Source: Longimicrobiales bacterium
Lineage (GTDB): Bacteria > Gemmatimonadota > Gemmatimonadetes > Longimicrobiales > Gaopeijiaceae
Assembly: GCA_965202805.1 (NCBI GenBank)
Contig: OZ241869.1
Coordinates: 1,792,001-1,856,000, forward strand
Reading direction: 5' to 3'
DNA length: 64,000 nt
This document shows, one piece after another, positions 38,517 to 47,936 of the stretch. The notes beneath the pieces were generated by a model. It made no database searches, had not been told where the DNA came from, and saw only the letters and a program-made list of their open reading frames with translations. A program made the position numbers and the translations under genes. Each line of letters starts with the position of its first letter. Position 1 is the stretch's first letter.

Positions 38517-40853
38517 ATGCTGCCCATCCTCCTGAGCGCGCTCAGCGCGGCGCCGGCGATGCAGGAAGCGCAGGCGGCGTATGCCGGGCTCGCAGGCGAG
38601 ACCGAGGTCGCGGTCCCGCGCCTGGAGCAGGACGCCGACATCGACGGGTTCCTGGACGAGCCCGCGTGGCTCGCCGCAGCGGTGCTCACCGGCTTCTCGC
38701 AGTACGAGCCCGTGGACCAGAGGCCGGCCGCCGACACCACCCAGGTCCTGGTCTGGTACTCCCCGACCGGCATCTACTTCGGCATCAGGGCCTTCGACGC
38801 CTCGGGATCGGTCAACGCCACGCTCGCCGACCGCGACCGGATCGAGGGCGACGACTACGTCCAGCTCCTCCTCGACACCTTCGACGACCGGCGCCAGGCC
38901 TTCCTCTTCGGCGTGAACCCGTTCGGCATCCAGCAGGACGGCAACCGCACCGAGGGGGAGCAGGGGCGGGCGAGCCGGGGCGTGGAGGTGAGCGAGACCA
39001 ACCTCACGCCGGATTACGTCTTCGATTCGAGGGGCAGGCTCACCGACTACGGCTACGAGGTCGAGCTCCACATCCCCTTCCAGAGCATCAGCTACCAGGC
39101 CGCCGACGTGCAGAGCTGGGGCATCAACGTCGTCCGCAAGGTGCAGCATTCGGGGTACACCGACACGTGGACGCCCGCGCTGCGGGGCGCCGCATCGTTC
39201 CTCGGCCAGTCGGGGCGGCTGGTGGGCCTGCGCGACCTCACCCGGGGCATGGTGGTCGACTTCACGCCGGCCGTGACCGCGGCGCTGAACGGCGCGCCCG
39301 ACGGGAGCGAGGCCTGGAGCTACGGCTCGGATGCGGAGATGGGGGGCAACCTGCGCTGGGGCGTGAGCGCCAACCTCACGCTCGACGCCACCGTGAATCC
39401 CGACTTCTCCCACGTCGAGGCCGATGTGGGGCAGGTCTCGAGCAACGAGCGCTTCGCCCTCTTCTTCCCCGAGAAGCGGCCCTTCTTCCTCGAGGGCATC
39501 GACCGCTTCGACGCCCCCAACCGGCTCATCTACACGCGCCGGCTGCAGAACCCGGTCACGGGGGTCAAGCTGACCGGGAAGGCGGCCGGGATGAACATCG
39601 GTCTGCTGTCGGGCATCGACGGGGCGGTCCCGACCAGCGCGGGCGCGGACTCGAACCCGTACTTCAACGCGCTCCGGCTGCAGCGCGACATCGGCGGGCA
39701 GTCCACGGTCGGGATGGTGTACACGGACCGCATTCTGGGGGGCGACTTCAACCGGGTGGCGGCGGCCGACACGCGCCTCGTCTTCGGTGGGGTGTACACG
39801 ATGTCCCTCCAGGGGGGCGCGAGCTTCACCCGGTCAGCGGGAACGACCACCGGCGCGCCCATCTGGGAGGCGGTCTTCCAGCGCACCGGGCGCCGGCTGG
39901 TGCTCAACTATCGCATCACCGGCATCCACCCCGACTTCGAGACCCAGGCCGGCTTCGTCAACCGCCCCGGCGTCGTCCACACCCGGACCAGCAACAGCGT
40001 GAACTTCTACGGAGGGCCGGGCGCCCTCATCGAGCGCTGGACACCGGGCTTCAGCACGATGGGCTGGTGGGGATACCACGGGTTCGGGAGCGACGCGCCC
40101 GAGGAGACCAAGACCTTCCTGTCGAGCACCTTCCAGCTTCGCGGGGGATGGTCGATGCGCGTGAGCCACGGATGGGAGAGCTACGCATTCAAGCCCGAGT
40201 GGTACACCAACTACGGGGTAATTCGGCCGGGACCGGCGGGCGCCGACACGGTGTTCTGGGACGCCCCCGACCGAATCACCGACGTGCGCGGCTGGATCAC
40301 CAACGTCACCACGCCCGAGTTCTCATCGTTCTCGGCCAGGGTCGGCGTGAACGTGTGGCAGGACGCGGGCTTCGCCGAGGCGCGCGGCGTCTGGCTCTAC
40401 CGCCCCAACGTGACGGTCAACTGGCGCCCCACGGACCAGTTCCGTCTCAACTTCCTCTACAACCAGCTCACCCTCGACCGCCGCTCCGACGGGTCGAACA
40501 TGTCGACCCAGCGGATTCCCCGGCTCTCGCTCGAGTACCAGATCTCGCGCTTCCTCTTCGTGCGCCTGGTGGGCCAGTACGACTCCTTCCGGCGGGACGC
40601 GCTCCGGGCCGGCGACACCGACGAACCCATCTTCCTCTTCGACCCGGACATGGGCGCGTGGATGCCCTCGCGGGCCACGGAGGAAAACCGGTTCACCGGG
40701 GATGTCCTGCTGTCGTACCGCCCCACGCCCGGAACCGTCGTCTTCCTCGGCTACGGCGCGGCCGCCGACGATCCCGACGCCTTCCGTTTCCGGCGCATGG
40801 CGAGGGGCGAGGACCGGTTCTTCATGAAGCTGAGTTACCTGTTCCGGCGGTAG
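38517..40853 (+). CDS. CBM9-like + DUF5916 domain protein
   Basis: IDGFLDEPAW, LDTFDD, LDATVNPDFSHVEAD, FFPEKRPFFLEG, FFMKLSYLF. Confidence 0.9.
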   Translation: MLPILLSALSAAPAMQEAQAAYAGLAGETEVAVPRLEQDADIDGFLDEPAWLAAAVLTGFSQYEPVDQRPAADTTQVLVWYSPTGIYFGIRAFDASGSVNATLADRDRIEGDDYVQLLLDTFDDRRQAFLFGVNPFGIQQDGNRTEGEQGRASRGVEVSETNLTPDYVFDSRGRLTDYGYEVELHIPFQSISYQAADVQSWGINVVRKVQHSGYTDTWTPALRGAASFLGQSGRLVGLRDLTRGMVVDFTPAVTAALNGAPDGSEAWSYGSDAEMGGNLRWGVSANLTLDATVNPDFSHVEADVGQVSSNERFALFFPEKRPFFLEGIDRFDAPNRLIYTRRLQNPVTGVKLTGKAAGMNIGLLSGIDGAVPTSAGADSNPYFNALRLQRDIGGQSTVGMVYTDRILGGDFNRVAAADTRLVFGGVYTMSLQGGASFTRSAGTTTGAPIWEAVFQRTGRRLVLNYRITGIHPDFETQAGFVNRPGVVHTRTSNSVNFYGGPGALIERWTPGFSTMGWWGYHGFGSDAPEETKTFLSSTFQLRGGWSMRVSHGWESYAFKPEWYTNYGVIRPGPAGADTVFWDAPDRITDVRGWITNVTTPEFSSFSARVGVNVWQDAGFAEARGVWLYRPNVTVNWRPTDQFRLNFLYNQLTLDRRSDGSNMSTQRIPRLSLEYQISRFLFVRLVGQYDSFRRDALRAGDTDEPIFLFDPDMGAWMPSRATEENRFTGDVLLSYRPTPGTVVFLGYGAAADDPDAFRFRRMARGEDRFFMKLSYLFRR

Positions 40854-41112
40854 CGGGATGGCGGGGCCAGGGCTCCCTCGCCCCAACCCCCTAGCGTGCA
40901 ATCGCACGTGGCGTTAGCGTTTTCTCGGGACGCACCTACGCAGCGGTTCGCCGCATGCCGTACTGCCCCCGATCCGAAGCCCGCGCCTCGGCGCGGGCTT
41001 TCGTGTGGCTGCTCCTTGCCGGGAGGGGTTGTTTGGTGTCGACGTTCTTCGCCTACCTCGACGGGTTCGGCCGCATGGGTCCCTACGTCAGCCGCAACCA
41101 TCCTCGCTATAA

Positions 41113-42046
41113 CGGGGGCCGGGAAAGAGCCATCGGCAGGGAATCAGCCTGCTGGATCTGGCTGATATGGTCCCGGACGAGGAAGCGGCGGTCGAGTGGT
41201 TCGAGTACTGGCACTGGCCGGACGGCGAGATGGCGTGCATGCGCTGCGGGAGCCCAAACTGCTACCGCGTCAAGAGCGGCAAGCCGATGCCGTATCGCTG
41301 CCGGGACTGCAAGAAGTACCTTCTCGCTCAAGGCGGGCACGTCGATGGAAGCGAGCAACCTGCCGCTTCGGAAGTGGGTCTACGCCATCTATCTCGAACT
41401 CACGAGCCTCAAGGGCGTGAGCAGCATGAAACTGCACCGCGACCTCAAGATTTCGCAGTCGGCAGCGTGGTTCATGAAGCACCTCATCCGCGAGGGCTTG
41501 GCGGCAGAGACGGAGCGTTTGTTCTACGGTCCGGTCGAGGCGGACGAGTGCTACATCGGCGGGCTGGAGAAGAACAAGGCGAAGCACAAGCGGACGCCAG
41601 GACGCGGGCCATCGAGCAAGCAGCCGGTCGTCGGGATCAAGGACCGCGACTCGAACTCGATAGCAGCGCGCGTGGTGGACCGCCTGGACGCGGAGACGCT
41701 GCAAGGCGTCGTGGACGAGCACGCGGTTCCGGGCGCGCAACTCTACACGGACGACACGAGCGCCTATAAAAGTACAGACCGACCGCATGAGACGGTGAAG
41801 CACTCGGTCGGCGAGTACGTCCGGGGGATGGCGCACACGAACGGAGTCGAGAGCTTTTGGGCGATGCTACGCAGGGGCTACCACGGCGTCTACCACAAGA
41901 TCAGCATCAAGCACTTGCAGAGGCACGTCAACGAGTACGCGGGCCGGCACAACCTGCGCGAGCTTGACACCATCGACCAGATGCACCACGTCGTCGCGGG
42001 CATGGTCGGACGGCGGCTGCTCTACCGGGATCTGGTGGCGGATTAG
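41113..42046 (+). mobile_element. IS1595-family transposase pseudogene (5'-truncated, +1 frameshift near 41320)
   Basis: Zn ribbon CMRC..CRDC in one frame; FSLKAGT...VEADECYIGG, YTDD, VKHSVGEYV, HTNGVESFW in another; upstream GPGKSHRQGISLLDL has no start (TAA 41110). Confidence 0.88.
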
Positions 42047-42122
42047 GGCTTCTTCTTGCGCCTACAGGTCGGCGCTGGGAGGGGTCGCTTGGCCACAAGG
42101 AGGCCAGAGGACTCTCGGGAAG

Positions 42123-42156
42123 GTTCTAATAACTACCTGCCGGTAGTTATTAGAAC
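42123..42156. repeat. Perfect 15-bp AT-rich inverted repeat
   Basis: GTTCTAATAACTACC-tgcc-GGTAGTTATTAGAAC. Confidence 0.85.
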
Positions 42157-42326
42157 ATGTAGTTAACTAAGGGGTGATGTAAGCAGATACACTTAACCCG
42201 GCAAGCTTGCTGGGAGAGAAGATACGTGGCGTTGATGGGTTTGTCAACCTCTTGACGGACACCAGTGCAACTTTTTCGAATCCCTACCAGTAGTAAGGAT
42301 GTCCAAGCAACCCTAGGAGGAGAACC

Positions 42327-42713
42327 ATGACCACAGGAGATCGCCTCGTCGTCGTTGACTGCGACTTGACGATGGCCTACAACGAGAGGGCTGGGCTGTA
42401 CGCAGCTCGGTTCAGGAATCTAGGGCTTACCTCTTTCGGGAGCACGCAGGCACAGGCTGTCGCGCGCCTCAAGAAGCAGTTCAACATCTTCATCCACACG
42501 CACCGAGACATGGGCGTGCTGGAAAAGACCCTGAACGACCTCGGGGCCACCTGGTATTGGGCAGACCAGTACCCGGAGAGCGCTCCACCCTACGAGAACA
42601 CCAACCTCATCCCATCCAAGGACGAACTGGTCCGCAAAGCCCTAGAGCAGGTGCACTGGAGGCCAACAACATCCGCGATGGCGGCGAACAACCATATGGC
42701 GGCGGCCGCCTAG
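42327..42713 (+). CDS. Hypothetical protein, HicB-like N-terminal fold
   Basis: AGGAGG RBS; YAARFRNLGLTSFGSTQAQAVARLK resembles the HicB G-x-T-x-x-E-A pattern. Confidence 0.55.
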   Translation: MTTGDRLVVVDCDLTMAYNERAGLYAARFRNLGLTSFGSTQAQAVARLKKQFNIFIHTHRDMGVLEKTLNDLGATWYWADQYPESAPPYENTNLIPSKDELVRKALEQVHWRPTTSAMAANNHMAAAA

Positions 42714-42718
42714 ACCTG

Positions 42719-42958
42719 ATGCTCATTTCAACACAAGACCTTATTCGAGCGTACACATCGATAGGCTATCACCACAACCGGGTTACCCCCAGGCTGCACA
42801 CGTTCACTAGGGGAGATGTCGCGATCTTGCATGAGGAAGCACAGCTAGGCAGCTTCGATGTCGGAATCCTCTTTGAGGATGCCCGGCAACGTGGCGTCAT
42901 CGACGAACTGGTGGAGGCACTCTTCGCGCAGGATTGGGAGTTGGCGGACTACGTGTAG
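42719..42958 (+). CDS. Hypothetical 79-aa protein, possibly HicA-like
   Basis: ISTQDLIRAYTSIGY..R.TPRLHTF resembles the HicA helix-GF-His pattern; starts 5 nt after previous stop. Confidence 0.45.
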   Translation: MLISTQDLIRAYTSIGYHHNRVTPRLHTFTRGDVAILHEEAQLGSFDVGILFEDARQRGVIDELVEALFAQDWELADYV

Positions 42959-42992
42959 TTGCCTGCGGCACAAACTCCGTGCTGTTGGATTT

Positions 42993-43046
42993 GCCAGAAA
43001 ACCCCGCCAGAACGCCCGTGAGCGCGTTCTGGCGGGGTTTTCTGGC
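42993..43046. terminator. Perfect 23-bp stem, probable bidirectional terminator
   Basis: GCCAGAAAACCCCGCCAGAACGC-8 nt-GCGTTCTGGCGGGGTTTTCTGGC between convergent stops. Confidence 0.7.
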
Positions 43047-43048
43047 CT

Positions 43049-43172
43049 TTAGAACGCAGCGGCCTGTATCTTGACGAAGGCCTTGTGCTTGCCGGTCGCC
43101 ATGAACTTGCGCCCGTCAGCGAGGACCACGATGAAGGTGACGCGCTTCTTGTTTCCGCCCACGAGCGCGCCC
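43049..43172 (-). pseudogene. 3' fragment of a hypothetical gene
   Basis: GALVGGNKKRVTFIVVLADGRKFMATGKHKAFVKIQAAAF*, protein-like, no convincing start/RBS. Confidence 0.45.
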
Positions 43173-43231
43173 GTGTGGGCAAGTAGCGCTTCCGCCCAGT
43201 TCGCGTCAAGCACCCCGTACCGACTGCCGAG

Positions 43232-43444
43232 TCAAGCCAGCGTCAGGCGCTCACCCTTGGGCTCCGGGACGGGTCGTCCCAACTCGCGGGCCCGATCGAT
43301 CCAGAACCGCATCGCATCCTTGATGTTCCTCAAGGCGCTTTCCTGATCGGCCCCGTGTGCGATGCACCCGGGCAGCTCGGGCGCTTCGGCGACGAATGCT
43401 TCATCTTCGTTGCTCCAGTAGAGAATGATCCCGTACTTGTACAT
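43232..43444 (-). CDS. hicB: HicB-family antitoxin (short form), orphan
   Basis: MYKYGIILYWSNEDEAFVAEAPELPGCIAHG...WIDRARELGRPVPEPKG. Confidence 0.9.
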   Translation of the reverse strand: MYKYGIILYWSNEDEAFVAEAPELPGCIAHGADQESALRNIKDAMRFWIDRARELGRPVPEPKGERLTLA

Positions 43445-43741
43445 CAGTCGTCCGCTCCCAGCTTGTACTTGATGCCCTTCCGATGATGCTTGCCAAGTGC
43501 CTGGTACGCCATCGCCACGCCTCCATGCCGAATCGCTATCCGTACATCGAATCTCGCACATCAACGGCGGCGTACCGGGAACGTCGTCTGAAGGCGGCGC
43601 CATGCCATTCGCGATTCCGAGGATGGCGTGAGGCGCGGATCCCGACCTCGCATCTTGAGCGTGTCCGTGGCGGAGCGTGTCCCTGTAGTAGGTGAATTCG
43701 CAGGAATTGGGAGCGCGCGCGCTTCCCGGCTGGAGGATGCC

Positions 43742-44995
43742 ATGAACCGGTCCCGTTTCCCTCGGCTCTCCCGGCACCGGCCGGGAACGATCGCCCTCGC
43801 AGGTTGCGTCGTGCTGGCCGGCGTCGCGGCGCTGACCACCGCCTCAACCCGTCCCTCACCTCCCATGCCGGAGGAAGAGCTTGGGCGGCTGCTCTTCTGG
43901 GACCCGGTCCTGTCGGGTCCCCTGGACGTGTCCTGCGCCACCTGCCATCACCCCGATTTCGCATACGCCGATGGGCGCGCCCTGTCGCTGGGTCCGGGGG
44001 CGGTCGGCCTCGGTCCGGATCGTGTGGACCTGAGCGACGGGGCGGTTCCCGTCGCACAGCGCAACTCGCCCACGCTGCTCAACGTCGCGTACAACGGGCT
44101 CGACCGGCAGCGCAGGCGGCGCCGGGGCGGGCCGCGCTTCACCCCACTGCCGGCGGACCTCGAGGCCGTCAATTCCGAGCGGGCTCCCATGTTCTGGGAC
44201 CGGCGCGCGCGCAGCCTGGAGACGCAGGCGCTGCTCCCGCTCACCATCCGCGAGGAGATGCGGGGCGATGCCTACCCCGAGGAGGTCGCGGTCGACTCGG
44301 TCGTGGCCCGGCTGCGGGTGATCCCCGAGTACGTGAGCCTCTTCCGGGAAGTGTACGGCGAGGAGACCTCCATCGACGCCACGCAGGTTGCGGGCGCCAT
44401 CGCGGCCTTCGAGCGCACCCTGGTTGCGCGCAACAGCCCCTTCGACCGCTTCCTGGCCGGGGATGAGGACGCGCTCACCGTTCAGCAGCGCCGCGGTCTC
44501 GACGAGTTCAACCAGGCCGACTGCTCGGATTGCCACCGGGGCCCGATGCTCTCCGACTTCAACATGCACGCCGAGGGGGTGGCCGAGAACCCGCTGCTTG
44601 CCGAGCCCGACGCGGGAGACGGGCGCTTCCGCTTCCGCACCCCGACCCTTCGCAACGTCGCCGTCACCGCGCCCTACATGCACAACGGGATGATCGGGAC
44701 GCTGGAGGAAGTTCTCGCCTTCTACGACCGCGGGCGCTCCGAGAACCCCAACGTTTCCAACCGGCGCCGGCGGCGCGGCGACGACGACCGCAGGGACGAT
44801 GCTCCGCGCACGCCCGGCAGTCTCTCGGGACGGTTCCGCGGCGTGGACGACATGACGGTGCAGCAGCAGGAGGACATCATCGCGTTCCTCGAAGCGCTGA
44901 CCGATCCCGACTTCGACCGCACGATCCCGGTGCGGGTCCCCAGCGGGCTGACGCCCGGGGGCAACATCTCCATGGCGGAGGTCACGAATCGTTAG
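43742..44995 (+). CDS. Di-heme cytochrome c peroxidase (CCP/MauG family)
   Basis: LGRLLFWDP.LS, CATCH, RNSPT, CSDCH, FRTPTLRNV..TAPYMHNG; GGAGG RBS. Confidence 0.92.
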   Translation: MNRSRFPRLSRHRPGTIALAGCVVLAGVAALTTASTRPSPPMPEEELGRLLFWDPVLSGPLDVSCATCHHPDFAYADGRALSLGPGAVGLGPDRVDLSDGAVPVAQRNSPTLLNVAYNGLDRQRRRRRGGPRFTPLPADLEAVNSERAPMFWDRRARSLETQALLPLTIREEMRGDAYPEEVAVDSVVARLRVIPEYVSLFREVYGEETSIDATQVAGAIAAFERTLVARNSPFDRFLAGDEDALTVQQRRGLDEFNQADCSDCHRGPMLSDFNMHAEGVAENPLLAEPDAGDGRFRFRTPTLRNVAVTAPYMHNGMIGTLEEVLAFYDRGRSENPNVSNRRRRRGDDDRRDDAPRTPGSLSGRFRGVDDMTVQQQEDIIAFLEALTDPDFDRTIPVRVPSGLTPGGNISMAEVTNR

Positions 44996-45184
44996 GCCAG
45001 GAGCGCGCGACCGTCTTGAATGGGACTGGGTCCATGGCCGTTTGGCTACGTGCGAGTCACGTCACCAGGACGGAGCGAGCGCGCACGGACGCTTCGTTGA
45101 GTCGAGTCGTGGCGGGCTTTCGAGGGCGACGGTACCTTACTGGGCATTCCCGCGTCACGAAGCAGCGTCGGAGAGGCCCGCCGA

Positions 45185-46798
45185 ATGAACACCAGTCAAG
45201 TGTACACGGGCCCGGGTCGCACGGATGGCGGCGATTACCGGCTCAGAATCAAGGACTTCGGTTCTATCGAACGCGCCGATGTCGAATTCCGCCCTCTTAC
45301 CGTCTTTGTGGGGCCAAGCAACACGGGGAAGTCGTACCTGGCGACGCTGAGCTACGCCTTGCATCGGTATTTCGCGGCCGAAGCCGATCCGTATCGGTGG
45401 AACTTCCGACGGCTGTTGCTGGCCCATCGTGACCCGGATGGAGGGACGGATGGAGCCCCGACGTCGGAGCCTCCCTACGAACTGGCATCGTGGACCTCAA
45501 CCGTTACCGAGGAAGATGACCTGCCCCGTCTTCCCGGTTCGGTCGTTGAGGCGGTGCGTGCCGAGATTGAGAAAGGCGACCGTGTAGCCGATTCGCTACG
45601 AGCGGAAATCACCCGGTCGTTCGGCACCGATGGCATCAAGGAACTGGTTCGCCGTAAAGGGTCAGGTGCCGCAGAGGTCGTAGTAATCCCGTCCCGACCG
45701 GTGGACGTCGGACTGTTGAGCTATAGCATCCGAATGGTTGGCGATCAGATGGATGTTGAGGGAAGAGCGGCAGACTCAGTCGATCCGCTTGCTGGCACCA
45801 GCCAGTCGCCTGATGCCAAGCGCTGGACGCATATCTTGCGACGCGAGGCCCTACGTTACCAGGCGTTGGAAGCGGGCGGACGGACCGAGGAACGTAGCCG
45901 GACGTTGAATCTCAATCGGGTGTTGCACCAGTTGGCCGAGGCGGCCCGGCAACCGGTGGTTGGCCCGCTGCAGCGACTGGCGTATTACCTCCCCGCAGAC
46001 CGGACGGGGATCATGCACAGCCACAAGATGGTGGTCGCTGCGCTGGTGCAGAGCGCAGCCAGGGCCGGACTGCAGCAAACGCCGGATGTACCGACGCTCT
46101 CCGGGGTGCTGACTGACTTCTTGGAGGAACTCCTTCGCATGGGTGACACGAACGGGCCAAGCCAAAGGCACGGAATCGGCAGACGTGTCGCCTCGCGGCT
46201 CGAAGAGGCCGTCCTGGGGGGCACCGTGCGGGTCGAGTCATCGGACAGCAACTATCCTCAATTCCTTTACCGGCCACAGGGATGGAGCAGCGATTTGGCC
46301 CTGATGAGATCGTCGTCGATGGTTTCCGAGCTTGCTCCTCTTGTCCTCTACCTACGCCATGTTGTGGGACGGGGAGATGTCCTCATCATTGAGGAACCGG
46401 AGTCGCACCTTCATCCCGCCATGCAGGTCGAAGTCATCGGTTGGGTGGCGAGAATAGTACGTGCCGGGGTGCGCGTGATCGTAACCACACACAGTGAGTG
46501 GGTGCTGGACGCACTTGCCAACATGGTGCGCGCGTCGCGCATCAACGGAACAGCCCAACCCACTGACGACCAAGGCCCCGTTCTCCATGCACAGGAGGTG
46601 GGCGCGTGGCGCTTTGTGCCTGCCACGGCCGCACGCGGCGTGGTTGTCGAGGAAATCGAGATCGACGACGATGGGATGTACCCTTCGGGATTCGACGAAG
46701 TCGCGATGAGTCTTCACAACCAGTGGGCGGAACTCGAAAGCCGTGCAAGCCAGTCTGATTTGTGGGCAGAGCCTCGGCAGTGTGTTGGTCGACAGTGA
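45185..46798 (+). CDS. AAA_15/AAA_21-type ABC-fold ATPase, defence-associated
   Basis: IKDFG, GPSNTGKS Walker A, SSSMVSELAP, LIIEEPESHLHP, VTTHS; atypical codon usage. Confidence 0.88.
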   Translation: MNTSQVYTGPGRTDGGDYRLRIKDFGSIERADVEFRPLTVFVGPSNTGKSYLATLSYALHRYFAAEADPYRWNFRRLLLAHRDPDGGTDGAPTSEPPYELASWTSTVTEEDDLPRLPGSVVEAVRAEIEKGDRVADSLRAEITRSFGTDGIKELVRRKGSGAAEVVVIPSRPVDVGLLSYSIRMVGDQMDVEGRAADSVDPLAGTSQSPDAKRWTHILRREALRYQALEAGGRTEERSRTLNLNRVLHQLAEAARQPVVGPLQRLAYYLPADRTGIMHSHKMVVAALVQSAARAGLQQTPDVPTLSGVLTDFLEELLRMGDTNGPSQRHGIGRRVASRLEEAVLGGTVRVESSDSNYPQFLYRPQGWSSDLALMRSSSMVSELAPLVLYLRHVVGRGDVLIIEEPESHLHPAMQVEVIGWVARIVRAGVRVIVTTHSEWVLDALANMVRASRINGTAQPTDDQGPVLHAQEVGAWRFVPATAARGVVVEEIEIDDDGMYPSGFDEVAMSLHNQWAELESRASQSDLWAEPRQCVGRQ

Positions 46799-46859
46799 AG
46801 TCGTCACTACTCAACAGTAAACACCAGTAGACACCAGCATTCTGCGAACGAGAAACCGG
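46791..46859 (+). repeat. Direct repeat copy 1 (degenerate copy of amidohydrolase 5' region)
   Basis: gacagtgaagtcgtcactactcaacagtaaacaccagtagacacca...ctgcgaacgagaaaccgg. Confidence 0.9.
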
Positions 46860-47012
46860 TCCAGTCTACCAGGTCGTCAGCGGGTTGGAGCAACCCGCCT
46901 CGAAGATGACACCCGAGATGCGGCTACCGGATCCGTGATGCTTCTGCTCAACCGGTCGCAGTGAGGCGGACGGGGTGCCGGGGAGCGTTGTAGCCTTGCC
47001 CGCCGAGCAGGC

Positions 47013-47915
47013 TTGCGACATCGTGGGGCCACTTCTGCCACATTACTTCCGGATCGTCGATGCTCCCCAACCCAAGGTAACTCGGTGTCTCCCCCTTCCC
47101 ATGAGTCGCTTCAGGCCACCACGGCCGACCACCGGTACGGTCGCCCTTCAATCCTCAGACGGCTGTTGCGCGCCCTGACCAAGAGCGCCCGCAATCCAGC
47201 TTTGGCCTTCCGCGTGCTCTGGCCCCGCTTGTCCCCGTTTGCCGCGAAATCTCCCGATCCCCAGTTCCGGCGTGCGGTCAGATGGTCCTTCGGTACCCTC
47301 AAGCGGGAACACATGAACGCAGTGTTTCCAGGGATCGAGGCGGTGGATGTCCGCATCGTCCGTTCGTTCGACCGCGAGCCACTGCTGTCGATGTTCCCGA
47401 CCGAGGTTGTCGTGCTGGCCGCGATGGTGCGGAAGCTGAAGCCGCTACGCCTACTGGAAATCGGTACCTTCGAAGGGAATACATCGGTCAACCTGATTGC
47501 CAACGCACCGTCCGACGCTCGCATGGTCACCGTCGATCTTCCGCCCGATTGGGATGGCGAGTATGCGCAAAACGTGCCGAGCATCCACGTGAACGCGGCG
47601 GTCGGGGTTCAGATCGGGAGGCAGTTCCTGGATTCGCCGTACAGGGACCGGGTAACTCAGGTGTTCGAGGATTCCGGGACGTTCGACTGGACGTCACACG
47701 CGCCTTACGACTTCATCCTGATCGATGGCTGCCACACCTATGAGTACGCCCTCTCCGACACCCGAAATGCGCTCGAAGTCCTGCGCCCAGGCGGCGTTAT
47801 CGTGTGGCACGACTATGGGATGCTTGAGGACGTCAGCCGGCTGGTAGACGAGATGTCGCAGCAGATGGTCGTTCGAGCTATTCAGGGCACCCGTATCGCC
47901 GTGGGGTTTCCGTAG
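47013..47915 (+). CDS. Class I SAM-dependent methyltransferase (Methyltransf_24-like)
   Basis: LLEIGTFEG, VTVDL, DFILIDGCH.YE...D, LRPGGVIVWHDY; true start probably downstream. Confidence 0.85.
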   Translation: MRHRGATSATLLPDRRCSPTQGNSVSPPSHESLQATTADHRYGRPSILRRLLRALTKSARNPALAFRVLWPRLSPFAAKSPDPQFRRAVRWSFGTLKREHMNAVFPGIEAVDVRIVRSFDREPLLSMFPTEVVVLAAMVRKLKPLRLLEIGTFEGNTSVNLIANAPSDARMVTVDLPPDWDGEYAQNVPSIHVNAAVGVQIGRQFLDSPYRDRVTQVFEDSGTFDWTSHAPYDFILIDGCHTYEYALSDTRNALEVLRPGGVIVWHDYGMLEDVSRLVDEMSQQMVVRAIQGTRIAVGFP

Positions 47916-47936
47916 GACCAAGCCCTCCCACCAAGG

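Noticed and set aside
40955..42046. 363-aa ORF as an intact IS1595 transposase
   Set aside because: Its N-terminal third is not transposase; the Zn ribbon is in another frame before the ~41320 frameshift
43232..43777. 181-aa extended HicB
   Set aside because: Similarity starts at MYKY (43444); the extension overlaps the peroxidase start region
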